Positions 31,358 to 32,201 of a DNA stretch of 32,201 nt are shown here, in pieces (position 1 is the stretch's first letter; the number at the start of each line of letters is the position of its first letter). The notes beneath the pieces are model-generated. The model saw only the letters and a program-made list of their open reading frames with translations, made no database searches and was not told the DNA's origin. A program made the position numbers and the translations under genes. The stretch comes from Candidatus Aenigmatarchaeota archaeon (lineage in GTDB: Archaea; Aenigmatarchaeota; Aenigmatarchaeia; CG10238-14; SpSt-28): NCBI GenBank assembly GCA_025058985.1, contig JANXEB010000044.1:1-32201 (forward strand), written 5' to 3'.

Positions 31358-32201
31358 ATGAAGAACAAAATTGTTTGTGACACAAGCGCAATAATAGATG
31401 GAATAGTTAGTAAAATTGTTGAAAAAGAAAAAATAAAAGAAATAATAATACCATTAGCAGTTTTAGACGAACTGCAAAATCAAGCAAGTAAAGGAAGAGA
31501 AATTGGTTTTATTGGATTAAACGAAATAAAAAGAATGAGAAACATAGCGAAGAATAAAAAATTGAAAATAAGATTTAGTGGAGAAAGACCTAGCTTAGAA
31601 GATATAAAGCTTGCTAGGAGTGGGCGAATAGATTCTTTCATAATAAACGTTGCAAGAGAAGAAAATGCTACGCTAATAACTAGTGATTATGTTCAATCTC
31701 TAGTTGCTGAAACTGAAGGTGTTGATGTTAGATACTTTCCTTCAACTCAAACTTTTGAAAAACTTTCATTCGAAAAATATTTTGAAGAAAAAACTGTTCT
31801 TTTACACTTGAAAGAAGGTGTTGAGGTTTATGCAAAAAAAGGAGAACCTGGAAAGTTTGAGCTAGTTAAACTTACTGATAAACCAATAACTTTAGAAGAA
31901 CTAGAAAAAATGGTTAAAGAAATTTTGGATGCTACAAAAGCTAGGAATGATGCTTATTTGGAAATAGTTAAAAACGGTGCTATAGTTGCTCAAATAGGAA
32001 ACTACAGAATATCTATAGCTAGACCACCTTTTTCTAACGCTTTAGAAATCACCATAGTTAGGCCAATAGTTAAACTTAGTCTGGAAGATTATAAGTTATC
32101 GGAAAAATTAATAGAAAGATTGAGAGAAAGAGCTGAAGGAATTTTGATTTGTGGTTCTCCTGGTTCTGGAAAAAGTACTTTTGCAGCTAGTTTAGCTGAA
32201 T
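31358..32201 (+). CDS. PIN-domain / PilT-family ATPase (COG1855-type), 3'-truncated by the window edge
   Basis: ATG at 31358. The N-terminal PIN domain is VCDTSAIIDG...IIPLAVLDELQNQ...GRIDSFIINVAREENATLITSDY. A Walker A motif (CGSPGSGKSTFA) lies at the window end. There is no stop codon before nt 32201. Confidence 0.8.
   Translation, partial: MKNKIVCDTSAIIDGIVSKIVEKEKIKEIIIPLAVLDELQNQASKGREIGFIGLNEIKRMRNIAKNKKLKIRFSGERPSLEDIKLARSGRIDSFIINVAREENATLITSDYVQSLVAETEGVDVRYFPSTQTFEKLSFEKYFEEKTVLLHLKEGVEVYAKKGEPGKFELVKLTDKPITLEELEKMVKEILDATKARNDAYLEIVKNGAIVAQIGNYRISIARPPFSNALEITIVRPIVKLSLEDYKLSEKLIERLRERAEGILICGSPGSGKSTFAASLAE

Overview
This is a very AT-rich, extremely gene-dense archaeal chromosome segment. 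Coding DNA is roughly three-quarters A+T by eye (not computed), and the structural RNAs stand out as GC-rich islands.

The gene content fits a small-genome DPANN-type (nanoarchaeon-like) archaeon; that assignment is inference. The supporting genes are:
- an archaeal-type triosephosphate isomerase fused to an archaeal NMN adenylyltransferase
- aTrm56 and a ZPR1-type zinc-finger protein
- archaeal HisRS and LeuRS
- a tyrosine recombinase
- an intron-bearing tRNA-Ile with anticodon UAU, and a tRNA-Lys(CUU)
- a 23S rRNA gene not linked to any 16S or 5S gene

The 23S gene is flanked by a long processing stem and is interrupted by several AT- or purine-rich insertions at otherwise conserved sites.

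About half of the window encodes envelope or surface proteins I cannot assign to any family:
- a 1910-aa sequon-dense surface protein with a discoidin-like module
- a translationally coupled five-gene operon (16840-22251, minus strand) of Cys-rich, N-terminally anchored proteins ending in a 935-aa polytopic protein
- scattered type IV pilus-like parts: a TadB/TadC-like pair, an A24 prepilin peptidase and a PIN-PilT-type ATPase

The five-gene operon is my best candidate for an undescribed system, possibly a cell-surface or host-contact apparatus. Its function is pure inference.

I saw no CRISPR array, transposase or recognisable defence genes.

All homology calls come from motif recognition by eye, and no searches were run. 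rRNA position equivalences use E. coli and yeast sequences recalled from memory and need a proper alignment.
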